From a virus: a stretch of 64,000 bases of DNA. Position numbers and translations under genes: made by a program. The first letter of the stretch is position 1. The number at the start of each line of letters is the position of its first letter. This document shows, in pieces, positions 43,686 to 53,533 of the stretch. Where the stretch lies: IMG/VR virus record IMGVR_UViG_3300042389_001478, positions 64,001 to 128,000 of that record; one strand, given 5' to 3'. Below the pieces are notes generated by a model. It did not search any database and had not been told where the DNA came from. It was given only the letters and a program-made list of their open reading frames with translations.

Positions 43686-44474
43686 TTAGTCCTCTATTTC
43701 TGTAATATGACTGGTTTTATAACTATTTGTTTTTAATAAGCCTAATAATTGATCATATATTAAATTGGCTCTAGCATTTGAAAAATCTTTTTTTTGCTTA
43801 ATTCTTATCAGAGCCATACCTTTACCAATAAGCAAACCATTCTTTTTTTCGTCGTATTTCTTATTTTTAGCCAGAGCATCATCGCCCCAAATTGGAGCAA
43901 AGTGTGATGGGCCATCAACTTCGATAGCCACATTCATAGTAGGGAGAAAAAGATCAATTTGCAACTTTGTATTTGATAAGACTTGCTCTTTATGAAATTC
44001 AACAGAATATCCGTCTTTGAGTAGCTGATTAAGTAAAAACTTTTCAAGCTTTGATCCTGTTTTGCTACTTAGTCTGGCAGCGGTATTTGCTGACTTTAGG
44101 ATGTTCTCTTTGATATTCTCATCCATGCCTTCCCACAAAGCCTTGCTCTTAGCCCTCCTCTGCTTAAGTTCTTTTTCGCTTAGTTCGTCCCAGGAGTTCA
44201 TCACCGCTTTGCCAATTTTATCTTTGGTCTCTTTGGATCTTTGAGATCCTTTGGTTGGATGCTTATGCTTACCTGTTTTTAGGGCGTTTTTTTGAGCATC
44301 GCTTTTGTTCCTTATTTTAATATTTAGTCTTTTAGCATCTCTGCGAATTTGATTGGCATAAGTATCAAACTTGGATGCAATATCTTGAAAACTAAGTTTT
44401 TCTTGAACGTATAATTTCTTTAAAATATCTAGTTTTTGACTATCATTAAGAGATTTATAGTTTAGAGAGGACAT
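43686..44474 (-). CDS. Free-standing homing-endonuclease-like protein (HTH + NUMOD3-like + Vsr/DUF559-type nuclease)
   Basis: N-terminal HTH (LSFQDIASKFDTYANQIRR), KGSQRSKETKDKIG motif, C-terminal SKLE...IDLFLPTMNVAIEVDGPSH...YDEKKN...LIRI. Confidence 0.75.
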   Translation of the reverse strand: MSSLNYKSLNDSQKLDILKKLYVQEKLSFQDIASKFDTYANQIRRDAKRLNIKIRNKSDAQKNALKTGKHKHPTKGSQRSKETKDKIGKAVMNSWDELSEKELKQRRAKSKALWEGMDENIKENILKSANTAARLSSKTGSKLEKFLLNQLLKDGYSVEFHKEQVLSNTKLQIDLFLPTMNVAIEVDGPSHFAPIWGDDALAKNKKYDEKKNGLLIGKGMALIRIKQKKDFSNARANLIYDQLLGLLKTNSYKTSHITEIED

Positions 44475-44922
44475 TTTGTAATTCCTTGCTATTAATTTCA
44501 GACATTAGTCCTATGGGTTTTTTCCAACAAATATCTATTATATCATGAGTTTCTTGTTTATCAGTAAGTAGCTCAATGTGGGGCTTCATGTAAATGTTAT
44601 ACCAAAACCCATATGGCAAAGAGGGATTAATTGACCATTCTGGTTCTGACATAAAAAGAATCTGTTTCTTTGGACACGGGAAGGTTTGACTCAGCATCGC
44701 ACTTTTAGTGTCAAATACAAATAACAGGCCGTCGAAATACTTTGCTTGCTGAATATGAAGCATATAGTATTTGTGTCTATGGTCTAATCTATTAAATTGA
44801 TTATTGAAGACCACTATGTTATCATATGGACGATCTTCACATAACTTATTAATTGCTGTTAAAATTTTCGTTTGTAAAACATTTTTTGCCTCTATGTCCA
44901 GTAAGTAGAATCCTATGTCCAT
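44455..44922 (-). CDS. Short glycosyltransferase-like (single Rossmann-half) protein
   Basis: MDIGFYL...NIVVFNN...FDGLLFVFD...KKQILFMSE pattern resembling a GT-B N-terminal domain; no EX7E motif. Confidence 0.4.
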   Translation of the reverse strand: MDIGFYLLDIEAKNVLQTKILTAINKLCEDRPYDNIVVFNNQFNRLDHRHKYYMLHIQQAKYFDGLLFVFDTKSAMLSQTFPCPKKQILFMSEPEWSINPSLPYGFWYNIYMKPHIELLTDKQETHDIIDICWKKPIGLMSEINSKELQNVLSKL

Positions 44923-44923
44923 T

Positions 44924-45709
44924 TTATGTTGTCCTTATAATTTTTGGTGAAAATATTTTTTTGAAAAAATTATCATAAGATAGCTTATCGGCGTTTTCTA
45001 TTATCTCTTTTGTGGTATTGTTTTGAATATTTTTTAATAGATCGTCCTCTGTTGATATATTAGGAATTCCGCAAACTTGCGACTCTAATCGAAAACTATC
45101 ATCGATATCAATAAGGGCTTTGTATGTATTAAATATCACGCAAGTATCTGCTGGATTTAGCATACCTACATTTTGTGGATGTTTATATGTTGGTGAATTA
45201 AACAATACTAGTTTTTCTGATGAATTAGGATATAGCAAAGACCCTAGAGACAAGGCGCTTTTTGTATCATCAGAAGATAAAATTACAGCTATTTTATCAT
45301 TTCTAACACTATTATCTATCTGACTATAGACAGTATCATCATAGAGAGAGTCATATTGAAGCCATAAACCAGCGTCGTTAGCACCAGCGAAATAAATAGA
45401 TTTTCCTACTACCGACACGTTGTTTTCATTCCAAAACTTAAAAATATCTTTCTTATCGACATGGACGTTAAGAAATAATACTACTTTAGTACTATTATGG
45501 TATTCTGTTATAAAGTCATGAAACTCTTGAGTATATTCGCTCACTGGAAGTATAACAAACTCAGGCTTAGTTTGATAATAAATTTCGAATAAATTACCAT
45601 GTACACTGGTATTCATTAATTGAATATTATCACTTTCATTATTATAGAAAGTTTTAACAAATGACTGGTATTCCGTATGACCACAAATATGTATTAATAT
45701 TTTTTGCAT
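44924..45709 (-). CDS. Degenerate GT-B-like protein, 261 aa
   Basis: YKALIDIDDSFRLESQVCGIPNI resembles the GT4 C-terminal (E..A.G.P) motif with the first Glu missing. Confidence 0.45.
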   Translation of the reverse strand: MQKILIHICGHTEYQSFVKTFYNNESDNIQLMNTSVHGNLFEIYYQTKPEFVILPVSEYTQEFHDFITEYHNSTKVVLFLNVHVDKKDIFKFWNENNVSVVGKSIYFAGANDAGLWLQYDSLYDDTVYSQIDNSVRNDKIAVILSSDDTKSALSLGSLLYPNSSEKLVLFNSPTYKHPQNVGMLNPADTCVIFNTYKALIDIDDSFRLESQVCGIPNISTEDDLLKNIQNNTTKEIIENADKLSYDNFFKKIFSPKIIRTT

Positions 45710-45711
45710 GA

Positions 45712-46410
45712 TTACTCTTTAATTTTATGTTTATCCTTCATTCCTGTAATAATACTAATGGATTCTGGTGGTACCACAACCTGACTAAATTGTATTTGAT
45801 GGTTTGCTATTGATCTATTAATTATCTCAAACAAAAACATGTTGTCGTAAAAGGAGTTTATAGACAGCTTTAATTTAATAACATCCTTCCTACACAAATA
45901 AAAAGAATCACACCATACATGGTCTCCTATATCATAAAAAATATAGTCTATGACGCCATTTTCTGACGTTACAGATCCCATGTATTTTTTTTGAGAGGTA
46001 TTTCTTTTATTTTTGTGAGATAATACCCAGGACCTATTATCAGGAAAACCCCCATTCTTTGCATTAGAACTCTTTATTAAAGTGCCGCTATTAATAATAA
46101 AACACCCAGAGTATTTTGATATATCTATTTTTGATAATATCAGTTTTAATGCATATCCATGATTCTTATTTTCATACTCAGCATTTAGTATCGTATTTAT
46201 TTTTGCTGGTAGTTTTTTGTCTAACTTATCGGAACCAAAGCCAGAAATAATAAATATGTCTGGATTATCAAATATTCTATATAAGCTATCAATTTGACAC
46301 AAGATCAATTCTTTAGCCGAGGCGTTGGGTTTCAATAATCCTATTGGTCCAAATGATTTCATTCCTTTGGTAATTTCATAAGATAATATAAAACAAGCTA
46401 CCTTATTCAT
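45712..46410 (-). CDS. Degenerate sugar-phosphate nucleotidyltransferase-like (GT-A/NTP_transf) protein
   Basis: KGMKSFGPIGLL...LILCQIDSL...IFIISGFGSDKL...NAEYENKNHGYAL follows the LicC/GlmU-like layout, but the canonical AAGxGxR...PK is replaced. Confidence 0.55.
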   Translation of the reverse strand: MNKVACFILSYEITKGMKSFGPIGLLKPNASAKELILCQIDSLYRIFDNPDIFIISGFGSDKLDKKLPAKINTILNAEYENKNHGYALKLILSKIDISKYSGCFIINSGTLIKSSNAKNGGFPDNRSWVLSHKNKRNTSQKKYMGSVTSENGVIDYIFYDIGDHVWCDSFYLCRKDVIKLKLSINSFYDNMFLFEIINRSIANHQIQFSQVVVPPESISIITGMKDKHKIKE

Positions 46411-46820
46411 TTATTTTTTTCAATTACTGCTACGGAGTGAATGTCTTCGCTATACAACTTGATCAGTTGATAGCCTTGTATCTGAGAAATTATAGCAAGA
46501 AAGTCGGGTTCTGTCCATGATGACTTTATTCCATCAACCATGTCAGCAAATCCCATCCCGTCAACCAAACCATTCTTAATCTTATTGCATACTAGTATTG
46601 GATTCAGAAATCTAATAGTTAGCTGTCCTCCCGGACCGAGCTTTTTTAGCATTTCCATAAAAAGACTATTTCTGGTATTTTTGGATATCTTGTCAGCACA
46701 ATTACATATAATTGTATTAACATATCCGTTGGTTAGTTGCGGCAATTTTTCTAAATCAATATTATTATATCCTTGAACTGCCTCATCGATATTTGTAATT
46801 ATATTTACTTGCGGTATCAT
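46407..46820 (-). CDS. Degenerate class I SAM-methyltransferase-like protein, 137 aa
   Basis: GYNNIDL...VNTIIC...EMLKKLGPGGQLTIRF matches the small Methyltransf_11-type layout, but the N-terminal GxG motif I is absent. Confidence 0.5.
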   Translation of the reverse strand: MIPQVNIITNIDEAVQGYNNIDLEKLPQLTNGYVNTIICNCADKISKNTRNSLFMEMLKKLGPGGQLTIRFLNPILVCNKIKNGLVDGMGFADMVDGIKSSWTEPDFLAIISQIQGYQLIKLYSEDIHSVAVIEKNK

Positions 46821-47737
46821 AGAACAAAAGCCTCCGTATTAGCATTAATCATTAACTTGTTTATATCTCGTGAAAACGTATCGAAATTAAAAACCTTATT
46901 AGCTTCGGAAGAAAAAACTTCTTTTTCTGCATCTGGTATTGTTAATAGATCTTTTATATTCTCCACAAGATCATTAACAGAGTCTACTAATATTAATCCA
47001 GGAAGATTATAGTCGTTTGACATCATCGGAGTTTTTAGAGATACCCCAACACAACCAGAAGAGATGGCACATAATAAATTCGATATATTATGCTCCGCTA
47101 AATCAATACATATTTTATATTCGTTGAATTGATTGTTAATAAATTCTGGACTATTAACCCCAGAAGTCATTACCTCACAAGTATAACCCTTTGACATCAA
47201 GGCTTGGTAAAGCTGGTGGTTGTGGGGTAAATTTTCGAAATTTAATATGAGAACATCTTTTCTTTCTGACGGAGCCTTTGATATGGCAAAATTTTTAGGA
47301 ATCCCGTACTTCATAGTTATAGATCGACCCTGAAGGTTCCAAGAGTCCTTTGATGATTCACTAAAGAATATTTTTGTTTCTCTTGCTAGCCTCTGACCCA
47401 TTAACAAAGCATCCTCTTTTTTAATATATGGCGGCTTATATGAGTGAGTAAAAATTAAAGAATTAATATGCCATTGTTTTAGGTTTTTTGAAGTAAATTC
47501 CACAATATTACTAGTACAATATAGGTTGTAGTTATACAGATCTGTGTGGGTGGGTGGAAGATCTATGACATTTGGAAGATTATAATTGGTCTTGTTTTCT
47601 CCAAATATATAGTAGTTATGCTCAGAAAGACTCATTAGCATCACATCAAATAAATTATTTTGTGGATAGTAAACCACATTATAATTATCTTTAGAAAATT
47701 TTTGCAAAACATTCCCGGTAATAAAACTTAAATACAT
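46817..47737 (-). CDS. GT-B/GT4-like glycosyltransferase, probably degenerate, 306 aa
   Basis: KYGIPKNF ... YKICIDLAEHNISNLLCAISSGCVGV ... ILVDSVNDLVENIKDLL; EX7E incomplete. Confidence 0.55.
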   Translation of the reverse strand: MYLSFITGNVLQKFSKDNYNVVYYPQNNLFDVMLMSLSEHNYYIFGENKTNYNLPNVIDLPPTHTDLYNYNLYCTSNIVEFTSKNLKQWHINSLIFTHSYKPPYIKKEDALLMGQRLARETKIFFSESSKDSWNLQGRSITMKYGIPKNFAISKAPSERKDVLILNFENLPHNHQLYQALMSKGYTCEVMTSGVNSPEFINNQFNEYKICIDLAEHNISNLLCAISSGCVGVSLKTPMMSNDYNLPGLILVDSVNDLVENIKDLLTIPDAEKEVFSSEANKVFNFDTFSRDINKLMINANTEAFVL

Positions 47738-48852
47738 AACTTGCTTCCTATAGAGGAGTAACTAAATCGATCCATGCTCGAAAGACCAAGATCTCTTTTT
47801 TCTTCCAGCTTTTTTCTATTTTCCTTATGCATCTGATAAACCAGCTTCATTTTTTCAATCAAATCATAAATATTAATCCTGTACCAGAATTCATTAGCAT
47901 TATAAATATCGAAATCTTTAGATAAAGTTCTTTGATCAACAATAACTGGTGTTTTAGAACTATTAACAACAAAACCGTTTTCGCCATTGATATAGTCGAT
48001 CATACCAGTATTGTCTGTAACAATAGGAGTCTTTCCTAAACACAATGCTTCTGCTACTGGCCTACAGAATGCTTCTCCGTAAGACGGAGAGACGAGACAA
48101 TCACAAGAATTATGTAGTCCAATTATATCACTATATGATAGTTTTTCGGTGATAATAATTTCTTTTTTATATCTTTGATTAATATTAAGTTTTTGTTTAA
48201 TTTCGTTTAAGTCTTTTTCAATAGTTTTTAATGAATCATTAGGTGACATTCCCGGTATGCTAGTTTTAAGTATCAGAGATACTGGCTGATTAATGTCAAA
48301 AGCTAAATGAAATGCAGTAATTAAATCTTTAATATTTTTACGTTCTACATACTCACCAATAAAATAGAATTTAAAAGTTTTATTTACTATGGGGTTGAAA
48401 TCAAGCTTATGACTAGTATACTTCTTTATATTCTCAATATCTAGTGGTTGAGAAATTGACTTAATTGGCTTTGTTACCCCAGATTTTATTAAACATTTTT
48501 TCTCTTGTTCACTGGGAACCCAAATTTCATCCATCTGGTTGATGTTTGAGACGCATCTAGAGTTAGAAATATTATTAGTTTCTAGGACGAATAATCCGAT
48601 ATTTTTCTTAAATCTGCCATCATAAAATAAACAATGTGGAAGAGTTTTTTGTATAACAACATCGTATTGATCATACACGGAGTTTTCATACCCAAGAAGA
48701 TCACTATCTAGTTCATTAGATGCATTTCCAGCTAAAAAGATCGGTCTTGTAGTTAATTCTTTTACCTGTGTTGCAACAGCTTTGATATAGCTTTGTGTCG
48801 CTAGTCCCCAGCCGTCTTGCTGTCTATAGGGTCCTATAAAAAGTACACTCAT
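47728..48852 (-). CDS. GT4-family glycosyltransferase, 374 aa
   Basis: DEIWVPSE; FYFIGEYVERKNI; CDCLVSPSYGEAFCRPVAEALCLGKTPIVTD (EX7E). Confidence 0.9.
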   Translation of the reverse strand: MSVLFIGPYRQQDGWGLATQSYIKAVATQVKELTTRPIFLAGNASNELDSDLLGYENSVYDQYDVVIQKTLPHCLFYDGRFKKNIGLFVLETNNISNSRCVSNINQMDEIWVPSEQEKKCLIKSGVTKPIKSISQPLDIENIKKYTSHKLDFNPIVNKTFKFYFIGEYVERKNIKDLITAFHLAFDINQPVSLILKTSIPGMSPNDSLKTIEKDLNEIKQKLNINQRYKKEIIITEKLSYSDIIGLHNSCDCLVSPSYGEAFCRPVAEALCLGKTPIVTDNTGMIDYINGENGFVVNSSKTPVIVDQRTLSKDFDIYNANEFWYRINIYDLIEKMKLVYQMHKENRKKLEEKRDLGLSSMDRFSYSSIGSKLCI

Positions 48853-50516
48853 TGTAGTTTTTCTTTCATATTTGCATATTCTATGAAGTCTTCGTTTCGT
48901 AATTGTCTTAAGTCGTTCTTTGCGTTTTGAGCAAGGTTGTTGTTTGAAATAATGTTATTCAAAACATCCAAAGCCTTAGAAATATTGTATGGCTCGGTAT
49001 GCATTCCATTAATAGCAAAACCATAGTCTAGATCTTTTATCATGTTTAACAAAATCATAGATGATGCCATTTGATGATTTGGCAAATGCTTAGAAACTAG
49101 TGTGGTTAAAATATCATACGCAGTATTAGCCTGTGGTAATTCTTTGATGGTGTCTAGCGTTAATAGATTTTCATGCCATTTACCTTGTAATCCAGTTAGC
49201 TTAACAGAGTCGAAGTAATCCTCCCACCTGCGAGCTATATCGTCCCAATTATAGTGTTGCTCAGTTAGTTTTCTGGTTTCGAAGCTTTTTTGCTCTCGTA
49301 AAAACTCTGGCATCTTACTAAAATCATACAATACTTCGACTAAATGATCGTTGTCGGGATATACTCTAATAGCTTTGGTTTCTAGTTCTTTAAAGTATTG
49401 ATTAATCTTAATCGGATATCCGTTTAGTTTTCTAACAACATCGCTCATAGCGCTATAGTCCACAGAAGCTATAGGAACACCACATGCTCCGGCTTCCACT
49501 TGTGGCATTCCAAAACCCTCACAAATAGCATATTGAACATAGATATCAAAGGAATTAATAATGGTGGCTAAGGTTTGTGATGTTACTCCTGAGCTAACAT
49601 TCGGCATAGAAAAAGACTTTTGGCCGCATCTTGGGCAAAAACTAACAGGATGTTGATATAAACAAGGAGCAAAATATGCGCAATTTTTACAATTATAGGT
49701 GAACAATACTCTGTTTCCTACCTTGTATTCTTTTAATAATTGCGGTAGATCCCAGCCAGCGTCGGGGTAGCTTGTATGTAGATATAGATAAGTATTCTTG
49801 CCCTTTTCGTCTCCTTCTTTTTCAAATTTCTCTAATAGGCTTTTTAAAGAAGCAAATAATTCTGGCATGAGTTTGCGTTTCTGGTTTCTCATAACAGAAC
49901 CAATAATAAATGATGATTCACTAAGACCTAGGGCCTTTTTAACGAATTGCTTATTCCCGATGATATTAAATGTTGCCAGGTCTACTCCTGGCGAAGTTGT
50001 ACTGATATATTTAATTTTATTATTGCTTTGCTGCAGCAGCGTGTCTCTGCCGAAGTCTGAGTATGTGAATATCGCATCCGCATGAAGAAATGTATCTATC
50101 CATTCTTCTTGTTGTGGTGCCGAATCAACTGTTGGCATTAGAACCCAATGATAGAAAGGTCTTAGAGGAGAAAACTGTTGATAAGAACTCATCCAGTAGT
50201 CTCTAACATCAAACACTATATCTGGTTGAAAATCTAATAGTACTCTCTCGAATCTCCATCTTCCAAACTGATTTTCGGTTGAACTGCTGTATTCTTTATG
50301 TCTAGGGTCTTTATCGTCAACAGCATTCGCGTAATATTTCCATGTTATACCAACATCCTTAGGATCATTCACTTTGCCATATGATGCAAATTCTGCTATC
50401 TCATATTTGCCAGTGGCGTGAAGTCTTTTAAGTATTTCTTTAGAGTAAGTACCAAAGCCAGAACTTAAAAAGCTAGCCTCAGAGCACATGAGAATCTTTA
50501 GTTTTTTTGATGACAT
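48849..50516 (-). CDS. GT4-family glycosyltransferase, 555 aa
   Basis: SGFGTYSKE; VMRNQKRK; FDIYVQYAICEGFGMPQVEAGACGVP (EX7E); CKNC/CPRC zinc-ribbon insert. Confidence 0.9.
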   Translation of the reverse strand: MSSKKLKILMCSEASFLSSGFGTYSKEILKRLHATGKYEIAEFASYGKVNDPKDVGITWKYYANAVDDKDPRHKEYSSSTENQFGRWRFERVLLDFQPDIVFDVRDYWMSSYQQFSPLRPFYHWVLMPTVDSAPQQEEWIDTFLHADAIFTYSDFGRDTLLQQSNNKIKYISTTSPGVDLATFNIIGNKQFVKKALGLSESSFIIGSVMRNQKRKLMPELFASLKSLLEKFEKEGDEKGKNTYLYLHTSYPDAGWDLPQLLKEYKVGNRVLFTYNCKNCAYFAPCLYQHPVSFCPRCGQKSFSMPNVSSGVTSQTLATIINSFDIYVQYAICEGFGMPQVEAGACGVPIASVDYSAMSDVVRKLNGYPIKINQYFKELETKAIRVYPDNDHLVEVLYDFSKMPEFLREQKSFETRKLTEQHYNWDDIARRWEDYFDSVKLTGLQGKWHENLLTLDTIKELPQANTAYDILTTLVSKHLPNHQMASSMILLNMIKDLDYGFAINGMHTEPYNISKALDVLNNIISNNNLAQNAKNDLRQLRNEDFIEYANMKEKLQ

Positions 50517-50520
50517 AATG

Positions 50521-50544
50521 AAAACGGGGGATATTTCACCCCCA
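50521..50544 (-). terminator. Weak hairpin terminator/attenuator downstream of ssb
   Basis: Minus strand GGGGG-TGAAATAT-CCCCC followed by GTTTT; short stem and short U-tract. Confidence 0.45.
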
Positions 50545-50576
50545 TCTCCCGGAAATGATTGGTAGTGATAATAAGA

Positions 50577-50948
50577 TTAAAAGCTGACTACTTCTTCTGC
50601 TGATTCCTTGCTTTTCTTTGAAAGCTTAGTAATCTTAGAAAAATTATTTACACGAACCTTAAGAGAGTTATGCTTAACACCATCCTTCTCCCAAGAGTCG
50701 TTCCTTAATGAGCCTTCGACCAAAACCAAATCACCCTTCTTGAAAGACTGGCCGATGATTTCTGCTCCACTATCCCAGGCTTCACAAGGCACAAAGGTTG
50801 TTACCTTGTCCTTCTCTCCATTAGCCTTAGTGTACTCACGAGATACAGCAACAGTAAAATTGACTACTGAAGTCTGCTTGCCTGCTGTATTAACCACACG
50901 AACTTCTGGATCTCTAGCTAAATTACCGCGTAAAATGTTAATATTCAT
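50577..50948 (-). CDS. ssb: Single-stranded DNA-binding protein
   Basis: MNINILRGNLARDPEVR...VNFTVAV...FVPCEAW...KGDLVLVEGSLRNDSWEKDG; start moved to ATG 50948, which follows the AAGGAGAAG RBS; acidic tip EEVVSF. Confidence 0.95.
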   Translation of the reverse strand: MNINILRGNLARDPEVRVVNTAGKQTSVVNFTVAVSREYTKANGEKDKVTTFVPCEAWDSGAEIIGQSFKKGDLVLVEGSLRNDSWEKDGVKHNSLKVRVNNFSKITKLSKKSKESAEEVVSF

Positions 50949-50985
50949 TAACTTCTCCTTGAAAAAAAGACCAATGTACTGAACT

Positions 50986-51013
50986 ATTATAGCCATGACG
51001 CGACGAGCGTCAA
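50986..51013 (-). promoter_or_regulatory. Sigma70-type promoter for ssb
   Basis: TTGACG (51013-51008, overlapping the dnaE-C stop) - 16 nt - TATAAT (50991-50986). Confidence 0.7.
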
Positions 51014-52638
51014 GTTTTTGGAATATAAGTTTTTTCTACGATAAACGAATCGCCGTTCTTTGATCTGTTGCCTTTGACAATAATAACATTGCCTTGAAAT
51101 AAAATATTTCGATAAGCTTTGTAAGCTTCGGGAAAAAAAATAACAGAATCTAAAACACCAGTACCGTCACTCAGTGTAACAAACGCCATCTCTAATCCAG
51201 GATTTTTACCAGTCTTGGTTTTAGTAACACTTAGGTTATCAATCTCGCCACATAAGATCAGATTGTCACTCATTAGAGATGTCTTAAAATCTTTACATGT
51301 TGTATTTGTCATAGTGATATCATACATATCGACCTTAGAACAAGTAATGCTGCAGCCGAGTATCTCGTCCTCGGTGTCAGAAATCCATTCTGGATTGTCT
51401 TCCAAAGAATGCGGAGGCTTATTAAAGTTATTAATTAGTCCCAATATTATAGATTTTCTATTCTTATTAGACTTTCCGTTGTGATAAAGATCATATAATC
51501 CATCTCCAAGGGATTTATATTTATGTATATTGCCTAGAATAAATTCTGCTTCTTTTTTGGTTAGTTCAGAAGCTAGATTAAGTTCAAACAGCATACATGT
51601 CCTACTTTTATTTAAATAGGATAGCGCCCCACTTTGTATTAATGCTTTTGCGGCAATGGAGTTGATATTCATTAAAACCTGCAGCAGCATTTCTGTCCAG
51701 TTCATTGTATCAAAATCTAAATGCTTAGTATTTTTTATATTACTAAGTTTATCAAATACCGACTGTCCAAATCCTTTAATATCTGTTAGGCCAAAGTATA
51801 TCTTATCATTCTTTAAAATAAATAGTTTATTAAGGTTTCTAATGTCTGGTATTGATACTGAAACATCCATTTCGCTAGCATTTTGAACCAGTTCTTTAAT
51901 TTCTGCTTTTGGGTCAATTTTATCCTTAGCAAATCTTAAATATGAAGCGAAAAAGATCTTAGGGAAATGGGCTTTGGTAAATGCTGACAAATATGCGTTT
52001 ATAGCATAAGATACAGAGTGGGACTTATTGAATGAATACCTCTGAGATTTTTCGATCCATCCGAAAATTTCCTCTGCTTGATCAGCTGATACTGTGCCAA
52101 TTTTTTCGCACCCTTGTATAAACTTAACTTTAATTTTTGCCATTTCTTCAGGCTTCTTTTTCCCAATAGCCTTTCTTAACATGTCTGCTTCTTGCAAATC
52201 AAAGCCAGCAACAGTTTTAGCTATTTCCATTGCCTGTTCTTGATAAATCATCTCTCCATATGTTTCCTTTAAAATAGGTTCCAAAGACGGATGATAATAA
52301 TCTACAGACTCCTGCGCATTCTTCTTGTCTATAAAATGATTAGAAACAGATTTGCCATCTCTAAAAGCCTCAAGACAACCAGGTCTCATAATACTAATTA
52401 AGGCAGAGAGCTGTTCTATATTCTCTGGCTTTAATTTTTTAGCCATAGACTTGCCGAGCCTAGACTCTAGCTGAAAACATCCCTTAGTATTGCCATCAGA
52501 AAGCAATTGCCAAGTTTTTGAACAATCTAAATGAATATGTTCTATGGTTGGATCAAAATTGATATGAATATGCTCATCCGTAGAGTCTGGCATAATATCA
52601 AAAGAGCATCCACAAGAATATTGAAATGTTTTAGGCAT
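51010..52638 (-). CDS. dnaE: DNA polymerase III alpha subunit, C-terminal half (fingers, HhH, OB-fold)
   Basis: GCFQLES...ISIMRPG...LKETYGEMIYQEQAM...ADMLRKAIGKK...YSFNKSHSVSYA...FGLTDIKGFG...MAFVTLSDGTG. Confidence 0.95.
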   Translation of the reverse strand: MPKTFQYSCGCSFDIMPDSTDEHIHINFDPTIEHIHLDCSKTWQLLSDGNTKGCFQLESRLGKSMAKKLKPENIEQLSALISIMRPGCLEAFRDGKSVSNHFIDKKNAQESVDYYHPSLEPILKETYGEMIYQEQAMEIAKTVAGFDLQEADMLRKAIGKKKPEEMAKIKVKFIQGCEKIGTVSADQAEEIFGWIEKSQRYSFNKSHSVSYAINAYLSAFTKAHFPKIFFASYLRFAKDKIDPKAEIKELVQNASEMDVSVSIPDIRNLNKLFILKNDKIYFGLTDIKGFGQSVFDKLSNIKNTKHLDFDTMNWTEMLLQVLMNINSIAAKALIQSGALSYLNKSRTCMLFELNLASELTKKEAEFILGNIHKYKSLGDGLYDLYHNGKSNKNRKSIILGLINNFNKPPHSLEDNPEWISDTEDEILGCSITCSKVDMYDITMTNTTCKDFKTSLMSDNLILCGEIDNLSVTKTKTGKNPGLEMAFVTLSDGTGVLDSVIFFPEAYKAYRNILFQGNVIIVKGNRSKNGDSFIVEKTYIPKT

Positions 52639-53329
52639 GGCTAGCGGTGAAAGAGTCTTTGAATTTTATTTTATTGCTTAGATTACGATGGAGCTTAAGG
52701 AATCGAATTAGGATATCGGCGCAGTCCTTAACGTCTTTTAAGGCATCGTGTGCTCCAACCTTAGAGATTCCAAAATAGTCTCTTAATGAATCTAGGGTAT
52801 AACTCTTTAAGTCTCCATTATTTTCAAACCAATAAAAAATTAAATTCATGATATCAACAACATCTCTAGGATAAAAGATATCGGTCTTTGATTCTTTATT
52901 TACGTTACCATATTTATTGCTTAGTCTATCAACTATTGGTAGATCAAAACGATAAATATTATAGCCAGCAGCTATTGGAGCACTAAATTGACTTTTTTTA
53001 GATGATCTGCTGTGATACATTTCTAAATAGTTGGTAAACATCTTCCAAGATTGCTCTTGTGAAGGATACTGTTTCCAGTCTTTTAGAATGTCATCCTTAG
53101 AACATCCCTTAACTTTAGCATGAAAGTCCAGAATATCTGTTGTATATTCATAATTTTCGTCTTTTGCCAGAACATCTGGCTTAAAGAAAATATTAAATTC
53201 AGACTTTGGTACTATTTCGAGTTTAATAGGATCAATAATAACCGAGGCTATCTGAACCGGACTGCAAATCCTGGGATCAGATCCGTCTGTTTCAAAATCA
53301 AAAACACAGATTTTATTATAGTTAATCAT
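52631..53329 (-). CDS. DEDDh 3'-5' exonuclease (Pol III epsilon/DnaQ-like)
   Basis: VFDFETDG (ExoI), AGYNIYRFDLP (ExoII), AHDALKDV (ExoIII). Confidence 0.92.
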   Translation of the reverse strand: MINYNKICVFDFETDGSDPRICSPVQIASVIIDPIKLEIVPKSEFNIFFKPDVLAKDENYEYTTDILDFHAKVKGCSKDDILKDWKQYPSQEQSWKMFTNYLEMYHSRSSKKSQFSAPIAAGYNIYRFDLPIVDRLSNKYGNVNKESKTDIFYPRDVVDIMNLIFYWFENNGDLKSYTLDSLRDYFGISKVGAHDALKDVKDCADILIRFLKLHRNLSNKIKFKDSFTASHA

Positions 53330-53333
53330 TAGT

Positions 53334-53531
53334 TTAGTCGTTTACTTCTACTTCTATTAGTGGTAAAACTTGGATACGTTGAGCTTGATCCGACAGCAAT
53401 GCTGCATTAATAGCCTTACAGCAACTAACTCTTTCTTCTGTCAGCTTTATATATTCATTAACCGCGCCCTGGTCATTTTTTAGTTTAAATGTCTGACCGA
53501 TAGCAACTTCCATAAACTTTTTAATCGCCAT
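53334..53531 (-). CDS. Small hypothetical protein (65 aa) between dnaE-N and the exonuclease
   Basis: GGAG RBS; fills the gap exactly; beta-rich with an RVSCC motif. Confidence 0.75.
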   Translation of the reverse strand: MAIKKFMEVAIGQTFKLKNDQGAVNEYIKLTEERVSCCKAINAALLSDQAQRIQVLPLIEVEVND

Positions 53532-53533
53532 AT

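Noticed and set aside
50949-50996. Longer ORF-track starts for ssb (50996), primase (58276) and FmdB protein (63937)
   Set aside because: The extensions overlap a promoter or upstream genes; RBS position and TAATG/overlap coupling support the shorter starts.
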